From the NCBI GenBank assembly GCA_041611735.1, contig JBFIML010000007.1:32001-96000 (forward strand): DNA of 64,000 bases. The letters run 5' to 3'. This document shows, piece by piece, positions 12,022 through 27,175 of this stretch (positions are counted from its first letter, which is position 1; each line of letters starts with the position of its first letter). The position numbers and the translations under genes were made by a program. The notes beneath the pieces are model-generated. The model saw nothing but the letters and a program-made list of their open reading frames with translations, ran no database searches and was not told the DNA's origin. The stretch is from Myxococcota bacterium. Its GTDB lineage: Bacteria > Myxococcota_A > UBA9160 > PR03.

Positions 12022-12794
12022 AGGAGCGTCTCCTCCAGGGCCACCACGAACCGGTTCAGGAACGCGAAGTAGGCGTTCAGGCGGGTCAGCTGGTCGGTCA
12101 GCACCAGGACGCCCACGGCCACGAGCAGCGCTCCGGAGGCGAGCTCGATGCGCCGGAAGTGGCGCCGCACGCGCTGGAACGCCTGCAGGAAGCGCTCCAG
12201 GCTCCAGCCGGCCAGCAGGAAGGGCACCGCCAGGCCCGCCGAGTACACCGACAGCAGCCAGATCCCCTGCCCCACGGTCTCCCGGCTGCCGGCCAGGGTG
12301 AGGATGCCGCCGAGGATCGGACCGATGCACGGCGACCAGCCGAAGGCGAAGGCGGCGCCCACCAGCGCCGCGCCGAGCGGACCGGCGGGCCTGCTGCGCA
12401 CCTCCAGGCGCCGCTCGCGCTGGAGTCCCGGGAGCTGCAGGACCCCGGCCACGTGCAGACCCATCAGGATGATCACGAGGCCGGCCAGCTGGATCAGGCC
12501 GATCTCGAACCCGAAGAGCTCCACGCGCCAGCTGCGCAGGGCCCGGCCCAGCAGGGTGGCCGTCGCCCCGAGGGCCACGAACACGGCCGAGAAGCCGAAC
12601 ACGAAGCCGAGGCATGCGAACAGCACGTGGCGGCGCACCCGTCCGCCTCCCGGCGCCTCCCGCAGCTCCTCCACCGTGAGCCCCGAGACCAGGGACAGGT
12701 ACGCGGGCATCAGCGGCAGCACGCACGGCGAGAGCACCGAGAGCAGACCGGCGCCGAAGGCCGCGACTCCGCTTGCCAGCCCCGCTTCGCCCAT
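12018..12794 (-). CDS. ccdA: Cytochrome c biogenesis protein CcdA
   Basis: LSPCVLPLMPAY and FGWSPCIGPIL motifs, about 6 TM. Confidence 0.92.
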   Translation of the reverse strand: MGEAGLASGVAAFGAGLLSVLSPCVLPLMPAYLSLVSGLTVEELREAPGGGRVRRHVLFACLGFVFGFSAVFVALGATATLLGRALRSWRVELFGFEIGLIQLAGLVIILMGLHVAGVLQLPGLQRERRLEVRSRPAGPLGAALVGAAFAFGWSPCIGPILGGILTLAGSRETVGQGIWLLSVYSAGLAVPFLLAGWSLERFLQAFQRVRRHFRRIELASGALLVAVGVLVLTDQLTRLNAYFAFLNRFVVALEETLL

Positions 12795-12854
12795 GGTTCC
12801 TCCGCGAGCGGACCCCGCGGCGCTCCGGGTCTCGCCCCTCGGACCGCGGGGAAG

Positions 12855-13244
12855 CTAGAAGTCGGTCCCGTACTCCGGCTCGACCGGGACCGGCTGGCGC
12901 AGATCCCGGTCGGCGGGCGCCCGTCCCACGAACTCCAGGGGACGCTGTCCCCTTAGATGCTCGGGAGTCACCACGTAGTCCCCGCGCAGGGCCGCCGTCA
13001 GGACGGGGCGCGCCACGGCCGCGTCTCCGCCCGAGAAGATCCACGCGAGGCCGGCGATCAGGGATCCGCCCCCGGCGTAGATCAGCTTGGCGGGGCTGTA
13101 GAAGATCGTCGCCAGGCCAGCGGCGGCCCCCATGCCGGCCTCCGACCCCAGGCGTTCCGCCCGGGCGGGCGCGGCCAGCAGCACGAGAGCGAGCGCCAGC
13201 GGCGCCCAGCGCCTCAAGCGGGAAGACGACAGGTGAAACGACAC
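12855..13244 (-). CDS. Hypothetical secreted/membrane protein
   Basis: Signal peptide ending APARA, hydrophobic Gly/Ala hairpin (YSPAKLIYAGGG), GDYVVTPEHL. Confidence 0.65.
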   Translation of the reverse strand: MSFHLSSSRLRRWAPLALALVLLAAPARAERLGSEAGMGAAAGLATIFYSPAKLIYAGGGSLIAGLAWIFSGGDAAVARPVLTAALRGDYVVTPEHLRGQRPLEFVGRAPADRDLRQPVPVEPEYGTDF

Positions 13245-13340
13245 GTGAACCCCCTCCGGTGCGGCGGCCCGCGGGCGGCCGCCGGGCCCCGTCCACCGCC
13301 AGTGTGCCGGGCGGGCGGGCGGGCGGCAAGCGAGCCGGCG

Positions 13341-13790
13341 CTAGAAGCGCTTGTCCGTGTCGAGCAGCACGGTCACCGGCCCGCTGTTGACCAGCGCCAC
13401 CTCCATCATGGCGCCGAAGCGTCCGGTCACCACGGGAACGCCGACGGCCCGCGCCGCCTCGGCCAGCGCCGCCAGCAAGGGCTCCGCCTGCTCGGCGGGC
13501 GCCGCTTCGATCCAGGACGGCCGCCGGCCCTTGCGCGCATCGCCGAAGAGCGTGAACTGCGAGATCACGCCGAGGGTACCGCCCGTCTCGAGGAGCGAGC
13601 GATTCATGCGTCCGGCCTCGTCCTCGAGGACGCGCAGGTGCACCAGGCGATGGGCCAGCTCCGAGGCCGCCGCGGCGGCGTCGTGGCGACCCACGCCGAC
13701 CAGCGCCAGCAGCCCCGGCCCCATCCGCGCCACGGTCTCGCCGCCCACGCGCACGCACGCCGAGCGGACCCGCTGCGCCACCGCCCGCAC
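13341..13790 (-). CDS. dtd: D-aminoacyl-tRNA deacylase
   Basis: MRAVAQRV, SQFTL, GRRPS, FGAMMEVALVNSGPVT. Confidence 0.95.
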   Translation of the reverse strand: MRAVAQRVRSACVRVGGETVARMGPGLLALVGVGRHDAAAAASELAHRLVHLRVLEDEAGRMNRSLLETGGTLGVISQFTLFGDARKGRRPSWIEAAPAEQAEPLLAALAEAARAVGVPVVTGRFGAMMEVALVNSGPVTVLLDTDKRF

Positions 13791-13794
13791 GAGG

Positions 13795-14307
13795 CTAGAG
13801 GCTTTCCTGCCGGGCGAAGCGGCCGCGGTAGACGGCAGAGCCCTCGGTGCGCATGAGCACCAGCTGGCAGACCCGCACGCCCGCGTGGATGGAGAGCGGG
13901 TGGCCGGCCACGTTGCTCATCTCGAGGACCTGCCGGCTCGAGACGCCCGGCTGCACGAAGGCCGAGGTCACGTGGATCATCAGCCCGAGCCGGGCAAAGC
14001 GGCTGCGCCCCTCCAGGAACCCGCACAGGTCCGCGGGCAGGGTCACGCGCTCGCGCGTGATGCCGTGGATGGTCGCACCGGGCTGGAGCAGGAAGGGCTC
14101 CCGCAGCTCCTGCCGGCGCGTGTGATCGCGGTAGTCCGCATCGTCCCGGATCGGGATCGGCTCGCGGCCGCGCTCGATCACCCGGATCTCGTCGCCGAGG
14201 GTGAGGTCGACGGAGGCCGGCCCCACGTGCTCCGGCGCAAAGGGGTCGATGGCGAGGCGCCCGGCCTCGATCTCGCGCAGGATCACGTCGCGCGTCAGCA
14301 CGGCCAT
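13795..14307 (-). CDS. dcd: dCTP deaminase
   Basis: GPASVDLTLG, EGRSRFARLGL, VQPG, LEMSN, YRGRF. ATG 14307 lies inside the longer track ORF. Confidence 0.88.
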   Translation of the reverse strand: MAVLTRDVILREIEAGRLAIDPFAPEHVGPASVDLTLGDEIRVIERGREPIPIRDDADYRDHTRRQELREPFLLQPGATIHGITRERVTLPADLCGFLEGRSRFARLGLMIHVTSAFVQPGVSSRQVLEMSNVAGHPLSIHAGVRVCQLVLMRTEGSAVYRGRFARQESL

Positions 14308-14334
14308 CGGGGTTGCGCATGATACCCTACGCCG

Positions 14335-15144
14335 GTGCCGCACCCGTATTTCGCCGTGCCGCCGCCGGTGGTGATCGGTCACCGGGGCGCCGCCGGCATG
14401 GCGCCCGAGAACACGCTGCTCTCCTTCGAGCGGGCCCTGGCAGAGGGAGCGCAGATCCTGGAGAGCGACGTCCACGCCACCCGGGACGGGGCCATCGTGC
14501 TGATGCACGACGACCGGGTGGAGCGCACGACGGACGGACGCGGACGCGTGGCGGAGCTCTCCCTCGCCGCGCTGCGGCGCCTGGACGCGGGCTGGAGCTT
14601 CGAGCCCTGCCCCGGCGCCGGCTTCCCGTTCCGGGGCCGCGGCGTTCGCGTACCCACCCTGGAGGAGTCGTTCCAGGCCTTTCCGGGCGCACGCTTCAAC
14701 CTGGAACTCAAGGAGGACGTGCCCGGGCTGCTGGCGCGCACGGTGGAGATCGTGGCGACCGCGGGAAGAGCCGAGCTCACCCTGCTCACCACCGCGGAGG
14801 ACGCCTTCATGGCCCGCCTGCGCGCCCACCTGGCCGCGACCGGCGTGGGCGTGGCGGTGGGTGCCTGCACCGGCGACGTGCTGCGCTTCCTGCGCGCCGC
14901 TCAGGAGGGCAAGCCACCGCCCCCGGAGGTCATGGCCCTCCAGGTGCCGGCGGAGTTCGGGGGCCGGCTCCTGGTCACGCGCGAGTTCGTACGCCACGCC
15001 CACGCCCACGGCATCGCCGTCCACGTCTGGACGGTAAACGAGCCCGCCCGGATGGAGCAGCTCCTGGACCTCGGGGTGGACGGGCTGGTGACCGATTTCC
15101 CGGGCCGGATGGCGCAGCTCCTGGCCCGGCGCCGCTCCGCCTGA
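14335..15144 (+). CDS. Glycerophosphodiester phosphodiesterase
   Basis: IGHRGA, PENTL, ESDVH, MHD, NLELK, VWTVNE, GLVTDFP. Confidence 0.93.
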   Translation: MPHPYFAVPPPVVIGHRGAAGMAPENTLLSFERALAEGAQILESDVHATRDGAIVLMHDDRVERTTDGRGRVAELSLAALRRLDAGWSFEPCPGAGFPFRGRGVRVPTLEESFQAFPGARFNLELKEDVPGLLARTVEIVATAGRAELTLLTTAEDAFMARLRAHLAATGVGVAVGACTGDVLRFLRAAQEGKPPPPEVMALQVPAEFGGRLLVTREFVRHAHAHGIAVHVWTVNEPARMEQLLDLGVDGLVTDFPGRMAQLLARRRSA

Positions 15145-15154
15145 GCTTGTCAGA

Positions 15155-16285
15155 TCACTGGAGGGATTCGGCCGAGGTCTCGGGATCCTCTTGGCTTTCC
15201 AGGCGCGCGAGGGCCCAGCGGGCGTGCTCCGCCAGGAGCGGGTCCGGACCCTCCGCGTGGCGCCGCACCGCCGGGAGCAGGCTGCGGTCGCCGGAGTTGC
15301 CTGCCGCCACCAGGGCGTTGCGCAGGAGCCCCCGGCGCTTGGCCCGGCGCAGGGCGCTGCGACGCGTGGCTGCGCGCCAGGCGGACTCGTCGAGGCCGAG
15401 GATCCAGGCGAGCTCGGGCCGCACCCACTCGGGCCGCGCGGCGAGCCGCGCCCGCAGCCCGGTCCGGTCCGGCGGGCGCTCCCTCCCCCGTCGCTGGTTC
15501 CAGGGACAGACCTCCTGGCACACGTCGCAGCCGAACACCCAGTCCCCCTGGGCGGCGCGCAGGGGCTCCGGGATCGCACCGCGCAGCTCGATGGTCGTGT
15601 AGGAGAGGCAGCGCGTGGCATCCAGGACGTAGGGCTCGGGGAAGGCGTCGGTCGGGCAGGCGTCGAGACAGGCCCGGCAGCTCCCGCAGTGGTCCGGCTC
15701 CCGGCGCTCCGCGGGCAGGTCGAGGTCCGTGAGCAACACGCCCAGGAAGAACCACGAGCCGAGACCCGGCTCGATCAGGCAGGTGTTCTTGCCGATCCAT
15801 CCCAGGCCGGCCTGGGCGCCGAGCACGCGCTCGAGCACGGGGCCCGTGTCCACGTACGGGCGGGTCTGCACCGCGCGTTGCGCCAGGGCCTCCAGGCCGG
15901 CCGCCACCGCACGCAGCCGCTCGCCCATCACGTCGTGGTAGTCGTCACCGCCGGCATAGCGCGCCACGCCGCCCCGCCCGGGGGCGGCGGCTCCGCGCTC
16001 CGGGGGCTCGTAGACGAGGCCCACCACCAGCGCGCTGCGCGCCCCCTCGAACACGAGGCGCGGGTCCACGCGGGCGTCGAGCCGACGCTCCATCCAGGCC
16101 ATCTCGCCGTGGTAGCCGCGCGCCAGCCACTGGCGCAGGAAGCGCGACTCGGAGGTCGGCTCGAGGCGGGCCACCCCGGCGCGATCGAAGCCCACGGCGA
16201 GGGCGAGCGCCTTGGCGCGCTCGGCGAGGACGCGCCCGGCGGCGGGCTCGGCAGCGGCGGCGGCGGGCGGGAGCGGGCGGGCCAC
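15155..16285 (-). CDS. queG: Epoxyqueuosine reductase
   Basis: GYHGEMAWM, DYHDV, VDTGPVLER, GWIGKN, CGSCRACLDACP, FGCDVCQEVCPWN. Start estimated at GTG 16285. Confidence 0.93.
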   Translation of the reverse strand: MARPLPPAAAAAEPAAGRVLAERAKALALAVGFDRAGVARLEPTSESRFLRQWLARGYHGEMAWMERRLDARVDPRLVFEGARSALVVGLVYEPPERGAAAPGRGGVARYAGGDDYHDVMGERLRAVAAGLEALAQRAVQTRPYVDTGPVLERVLGAQAGLGWIGKNTCLIEPGLGSWFFLGVLLTDLDLPAERREPDHCGSCRACLDACPTDAFPEPYVLDATRCLSYTTIELRGAIPEPLRAAQGDWVFGCDVCQEVCPWNQRRGRERPPDRTGLRARLAARPEWVRPELAWILGLDESAWRAATRRSALRRAKRRGLLRNALVAAGNSGDRSLLPAVRRHAEGPDPLLAEHARWALARLESQEDPETSAESLQ

Positions 16286-16349
16286 GGGTCTTCCAGGAGG
16301 CGACGGATGCGCCTCGTGCCCCGCGACGGTATCGCCACCTCCGACGCGG

Positions 16350-17171
16350 TCAATCGGCGGCGGGCGGTGCACGCAGGGCGCCGGCCAGCGCGACCAGCGC
16401 CAGACAGCCGAGCACATACACGGCGAGGCCCGCCGTCTCGTGCACGCTGGGTCCGGTGACCGCCACGACGCCGAAGCGGTGGGCCGCCAGCACGGTGCCC
16501 ACCACCCGTACCAGATTCGCCGCCAGGGCGATGGGGACGACGGCCAGCCCGAGGGCCAGGGCGCGCCAGGGCGGCGTGCGCAGGAACCAGGCCAGCATCA
16601 CGGCCAGGGGCGTCAACGTGACCACCGACGTGACGCCGCTGCAGGCTTCGGCCACGAAGAGCGCCTGGCCGTCCGGCAGGCGCAGGACGTTGCCCTCGCG
16701 GGTCACCCCGGCGCCCAGAACGTCGAGGGTGGCCACGGCCGCCTGGGAGACGAAGAGCTGCAGCTGCACGATCCCGGGGCGGATCCAGTCCGGAGGCGGG
16801 GGCACCATGAAGAGCAGGAAGGCCAGGGGGAAGGCGAGCGCCCGCAGCCAGGCCAGCCCGCGCAGCAACCACACGGCGGCCGCCAGGGCCAGGACGGCCG
16901 CCAGGCCCTGGGCGCTGGCGGAGCCCGCTCCCAGCCCCAGGACGTAGAGGGCGAGGGCCACGATCCCGAAGGGAGCGGCGCGGCCGTCCGGCCGGATCGG
17001 GATGCCGCGGCGCGCTCCGCGCCCGGCCCACACCATCCACAGGGCGACGAAGGGAACCAGCCAGCCGTGGGACCAGTAGTCGAGGGACGACCAGACCCCG
17101 GCGAGGGCGAGCCCCGCCGGCGCGAGAACCAGGAGCAGGAGGGCGGCGAAGGCCCACTCGGCGCGGCGCAT
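16350..17171 (-). CDS. Exosortase/archaeosortase family transpeptidase
   Basis: Multi-TM protein with WSHGWLVP, VAEACSG (Cys), ANLVR (Arg), HETAG (His). Confidence 0.88.
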   Translation of the reverse strand: MRRAEWAFAALLLLVLAPAGLALAGVWSSLDYWSHGWLVPFVALWMVWAGRGARRGIPIRPDGRAAPFGIVALALYVLGLGAGSASAQGLAAVLALAAAVWLLRGLAWLRALAFPLAFLLFMVPPPPDWIRPGIVQLQLFVSQAAVATLDVLGAGVTREGNVLRLPDGQALFVAEACSGVTSVVTLTPLAVMLAWFLRTPPWRALALGLAVVPIALAANLVRVVGTVLAAHRFGVVAVTGPSVHETAGLAVYVLGCLALVALAGALRAPPAAD

Positions 17172-17264
17172 GCTCCTCCCATCGGCCGGCCCGGCGAGAA
17201 TATGCAGCCCCGAGCGCCGGGGTGCGACCGCCGCGCGCCGGCGGCTTGGAAAGGGACGCCCGTC

Positions 17265-20672
<3,408 letters not shown>

Positions 20673-20728
20673 GAGGAACAGTCTACCTTCGCGGGCTCGG
20701 TGCCGCGGGGCACCGGCACGGAGGCCCC

Positions 20729-21742
20729 ATGCAGGACCGGCTCGTCTTCCTGATCGGATCACCGCGCTCGGGATCCACGCTGCTCGCGCGCATGCTCGGC
20801 GCCCACCCGGCGATCCACGCCCCCGCGGAGCCGCATCTCGTCACGCCGCTGGCCCACCTGGGCTACTACGCGTCGGTGGAGAAGGCGCCCTACGACCCCG
20901 TCATCACCCGGCAGGCCATGCAAGAGCTGGTGGGGAGCCTCCCGCGCGGGGAGGAGGACTACCTGGACGCCCTGCGGGCCTGCACGGATACCGTGTACGA
21001 GCGCCTGCTGGCGGCCTCGGGCCGGCGCCTGCTGCTGGACAAGACGCCCGCCTACGCTCTGTGCCTCGACTTCCTGGCCCGCCTGTATCCGAAGGCCCGC
21101 TACGTGGTGCTGACCCGCCATCCCCTGGCGGTGTGGTCGTCGTACGTGGAGTCGTTCTTCGACGGCGACCACGAGGTGGCCCATGCCCACAACCCGCTGC
21201 TGGAGCGCTACGTGCCGGCCGTCGGCCGCTTCCTGCGCGATCGGCCCGTGCCGCTCGTGGCCGTGCGCTACGAGGAGATGGTGCGGGAGCCGGAGCGCGA
21301 GCTGCGCCGGATCTGCGGCTTGCTGGAGCTGCCCTTCGAGCCGGGCATGGTGAGCTACGGCGAGACGCAGGGTGCGGCGCAGCCGGCCGCGCGCGGCCTG
21401 GGCGACCCGCTCGGCGTGGCGAACCAGACGCGTCCCAGCACCGGCTCCGTGGCACGCTGGGCCCGGGACATGGCCGGCGACCCGGGCAAGCTCGCCCAGG
21501 CGCGACGCATCGTGGAGCGGCTGCCGGACGAGGACCTGGAGACCTGGGGCTATCCGCGCTCGGCCATCGAGAGGGAGCTCGACGCGGTGGTGCCGGCCCC
21601 GACCCGCCGGCGGCGGCGCCCCTGGAGCTACTACACGCTGGAACGCAAGCTCCTGGTCCGGCTGCGGCGCAACATCCACCACAACGCCTTCGGGCGCCTG
21701 GTGCGCCGCGTGCGCTTCGCCTGCGACGTCCTGCTGCGCTGA
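20729..21742 (+). CDS. PAPS-dependent sulfotransferase (Sulfotransfer_3/TPST-like)
   Basis: 5'-PSB loop GSPRSGSTLL..MLGAHP, LDKTP, 3'-PB RHPLAVWSS, VRYEEMV. Confidence 0.9.
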   Translation: MQDRLVFLIGSPRSGSTLLARMLGAHPAIHAPAEPHLVTPLAHLGYYASVEKAPYDPVITRQAMQELVGSLPRGEEDYLDALRACTDTVYERLLAASGRRLLLDKTPAYALCLDFLARLYPKARYVVLTRHPLAVWSSYVESFFDGDHEVAHAHNPLLERYVPAVGRFLRDRPVPLVAVRYEEMVREPERELRRICGLLELPFEPGMVSYGETQGAAQPAARGLGDPLGVANQTRPSTGSVARWARDMAGDPGKLAQARRIVERLPDEDLETWGYPRSAIERELDAVVPAPTRRRRRPWSYYTLERKLLVRLRRNIHHNAFGRLVRRVRFACDVLLR

Positions 21743-21771
21743 GGGGGCTGCCCTCCCGGGGGCCGGTCGGC

Positions 21772-21789
21772 TATAAACCGGGGTGGAGG
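21772..21789 (+). promoter_or_regulatory. -10-like TATAAA followed by GGAGG RBS for the small peptide ORF
   Basis: TATAAA at 21772-21777 in otherwise very GC-rich DNA; GGAGG just upstream of ATG 21795. Confidence 0.55.
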
Positions 21790-21794
21790 GATGC

Positions 21795-21920
21795 ATGGAA
21801 CCGAGACCGCGCTCTCCCGAGGAGTCTCCGCCGGCCTACCAGCCGCCCGACGCCGAGGTGATCGCTCTCGACTGCGAGATCAGCGCCTACGCGCCGGTCG
21901 AGGACGATCCGCTCCCCTGA
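21795..21920 (+). CDS. pqqA: PqqA-like small precursor peptide (41 aa)
   Basis: MEPRPRSPEESPPAYQPPDAEVIALDCEISAYAPVEDDPLP: aromatic-xx-P...ExxxY with PqqA spacing. Has an RBS and -10 and fills the intergenic gap. Confidence 0.72.
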   Translation: MEPRPRSPEESPPAYQPPDAEVIALDCEISAYAPVEDDPLP

Positions 21921-21927
21921 CGGACCC

Positions 21928-22647
21928 ATGTCCAAGGGCCGCTTCGCCCACGTCCGCGAGGCCCTGCGCCGCTACTTCGTGGCGGGCATCCTGGTGCTGG
22001 CCCCCATCCTCGTCACCACCTGGGCGATCGCCTGGGTGGTGCAGCGCCTGGACAACCTGCTGCTTCCCCAGGTGCTGCGCCTGCTCTTCCCGGGCGTCGA
22101 GGACCCGCCGCGCCTGCCCCTGGTGGGGGCCATCTTCACCGTGCTCGTGATCCTGCTGGTGGGTGTCGTGGCGCGGCACTTCTTCGGCCTCGAGCTGGTG
22201 CGGGCGGTCGAGCGGCTGCTGGCGCGCGTCCCCATTGCGCGCAGCATCTACGCGGGGGTGAAGCAGCTGGCGGAGGCGATCTTCCTTTCCGACACCACGA
22301 GCCGCTTCAACCGGGTCGTGCTGGTGGAGTACCCGCGCAAGGGGCTCTACGCCATCGCCTTCACCACCGGCCGCGCGCGCGGCATCGTGCAGAAGGCGAC
22401 GCCCGCCATCATGGTCAACTGCTTCGTACCCACCACACCGAACCCCACCTCGGGGTTCTACCTGCTGATCCCGGAGGAGGAGATCATCGAGGTGAACCTG
22501 ACCGTGGAGGAGGCCTTCAAGCTCATCATGTCGGCGGGCCTGGTGGGGCCCGAAAGCGGGGCGCGCAACGCGGAAGCGCCATCCACCCTCCCGGCAGGGC
22601 CGGCGGCCGTGGCCGGGGGGGGATCGTCCTCGCCAGAGGGTTCGTGA
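21928..22647 (+). CDS. DUF502 family membrane protein
   Basis: VPIARSIY..VKQL, VVLVEYPRKG, FVPTTPNPTSGF. Confidence 0.92.
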   Translation: MSKGRFAHVREALRRYFVAGILVLAPILVTTWAIAWVVQRLDNLLLPQVLRLLFPGVEDPPRLPLVGAIFTVLVILLVGVVARHFFGLELVRAVERLLARVPIARSIYAGVKQLAEAIFLSDTTSRFNRVVLVEYPRKGLYAIAFTTGRARGIVQKATPAIMVNCFVPTTPNPTSGFYLLIPEEEIIEVNLTVEEAFKLIMSAGLVGPESGARNAEAPSTLPAGPAAVAGGGSSSPEGS

Positions 22648-22988
22648 GCGAGCTCGCCACGCGCCACTGCGTGCCCTGCCGGGGCGACACGCCGCGTCTG
22701 CGCGGCGCGGCCATCGAGCCCCTGCGCGCCCAGCTCGACCCGGCCTGGAAGGTGACGGACGAGCACCACCTGGAGCGCGAGCTGCGCTTCGCGAACTTCC
22801 GGGAGGCGCTCGCCTTCACCAACCGGGTGGGCGAGATCGCCGAGGCCGAGCACCATCATCCGGATCTCGAGCTCGCCTGGGGGCGCGTCGCGGTCCGCAT
22901 CTGGACCCACGCCATCGACGGTCTCACCGAGAGCGACTTCGTCCTGGCCGCGAAGATCGACCGCCTGGCGGAAGGCCAGGCATCGTGA
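22644..22988 (+). CDS. Pterin-4-alpha-carbinolamine dehydratase
   Basis: CVPC N-terminus, AEAEHHHPDL, IWTHAIDGLTESDF. Confidence 0.93.
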   Translation: MSELATRHCVPCRGDTPRLRGAAIEPLRAQLDPAWKVTDEHHLERELRFANFREALAFTNRVGEIAEAEHHHPDLELAWGRVAVRIWTHAIDGLTESDFVLAAKIDRLAEGQAS

Positions 22989-23052
22989 CCCTTGCCTTCC
23001 CCACCGGCTGGGAGCGCTGCGAGGCCCGGGAGGGCGAGGCCCATCTCCCGGT

Positions 23053-24288
23053 TCATCCCGATCCGGTCGCTCCCGCGGACGCGCTCGCGAGCCCGGCGGC
23101 GGGGCGCAGCAGCGCCAGGGCGTTTTCGCGCAGGATCGCCCGGCGCGCCTCGGGGCGCCCCTCGGTCACGATCAGCAGCTTGGCGAGGGTGGCGGCCAGG
23201 GGATAGAAGGGCCAATCGCTGCCGAAGACCAGGCGCTTGGGGCCCAGATCTTCCAGCATTCGATGAAGGGCGCTGACGCCCTGCCCGGCGATCTCCAGCC
23301 AGACGTTGGGGCGCTCCCGGGCCAGGCGCAGGGCGTCGGCCGCGTCGCGAGCCCCCGCGTGGCCGAACAGGAAGCGCACCCCCGGGAACTCCGCCACCGG
23401 GGCCTCGTAGCGGCGGATCACCGCGTAGCGGCGCAGGAAGCGCGGCTCGATGCCGGAGCGGCCGGCATGGAAGATCACCGGCAGGTCGAGCTGCTCGCAC
23501 TCCGCGTAGATCGCCATGGCCTCCGGGTCGTCCGGGTAGAAGCGCTGCATCTCCGGGTGGAGCTTCACGCCGCGGACGCCCCGGGCCGCGTAGCCCCGCA
23601 GCTTCTCGGGCCAGCCGCCGTCCCGCGGATGGACCGACGCGAAGGGTACGAGGCGCGGGCGGGCCCGGGCCCGGCCCAGGGCGTCGAGCCAGGCCGCGGT
23701 GAGGTCGTCCCCGAACGGGAGCCCCCACGCGATGGGCAGCACCGCCGCCTGCTCGAAGCCCATGCGGTCCAGCTCCTCCAGCAGGTTCGGGATCGTGTAG
23801 GTGTGCGACGCCTCGCTGCCGCGCCAGAGCTGGTCGCGGAGCTCGCGGCGCAGGTCGGCCAGGGCCTCGGCGGTGAAGTTCGCGTTCAGGTAGACGTCGA
23901 GGTCGAGCGGGCAGCCGGGCTCCTCCGCGTCGCAGTCGAGCCGATAGGACACGCGCCCCGTGCGGCGCAGCAGGTCCACGGCCGGCGCGAAGAGCATCCA
24001 CATGGCCAGGTGGGTGTGCAGGTCGATCCCGGCGGGCGGCTCGTCCAGCACGAGACGCAGCCGCTTGGCTTCGTCCAGCTCGAACCAGGGCAGCTCGGCG
24101 AGGCCCCGGTAGCCGCGGAAGCGCAGCACGCCGTGGGGCCCGCGCCCGGAGCGCGCTGCCTCGTCGGCGCGCTGGCGGGCGAGCGCCGCCTCGTCGGCCT
24201 CGCCGTAGTCGCCCTCGCCACAGCCCAGGGCGGAGCCGGCCGCCGCGGCGAAGGCGAGACGCAGCAGGTCCCGGCGGCCCAGCCGCAC
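23053..24288 (-). CDS. Amidohydrolase_2 family metallo-hydrolase with Tat signal and lipobox
   Basis: GRRDLL...SALGC; IDLHTH, GVKLHP, IFHAG, FGHAG, VFGSDWP. Confidence 0.85.
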   Translation of the reverse strand: MRLGRRDLLRLAFAAAAGSALGCGEGDYGEADEAALARQRADEAARSGRGPHGVLRFRGYRGLAELPWFELDEAKRLRLVLDEPPAGIDLHTHLAMWMLFAPAVDLLRRTGRVSYRLDCDAEEPGCPLDLDVYLNANFTAEALADLRRELRDQLWRGSEASHTYTIPNLLEELDRMGFEQAAVLPIAWGLPFGDDLTAAWLDALGRARARPRLVPFASVHPRDGGWPEKLRGYAARGVRGVKLHPEMQRFYPDDPEAMAIYAECEQLDLPVIFHAGRSGIEPRFLRRYAVIRRYEAPVAEFPGVRFLFGHAGARDAADALRLARERPNVWLEIAGQGVSALHRMLEDLGPKRLVFGSDWPFYPLAATLAKLLIVTEGRPEARRAILRENALALLRPAAGLASASAGATGSG

Positions 24289-24298
24289 CTCCAGGGCC

Positions 24299-27097
<2,799 letters not shown>

Positions 27098-27175
27098 GGT
27101 CCCCCTCCCGCGCCCGGCAGCGCGTCCGAGCCAAGAAGCTAGCCGAGCGGCGGCGCGACGCCGGCGGACGACGCC

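Noticed and set aside
21791-22150. 119-aa track ORF starting at 21791
   Set aside because: It overlaps DUF502 out of frame with no motifs; the ATG 21795 frame gives a clean PqqA-like peptide.
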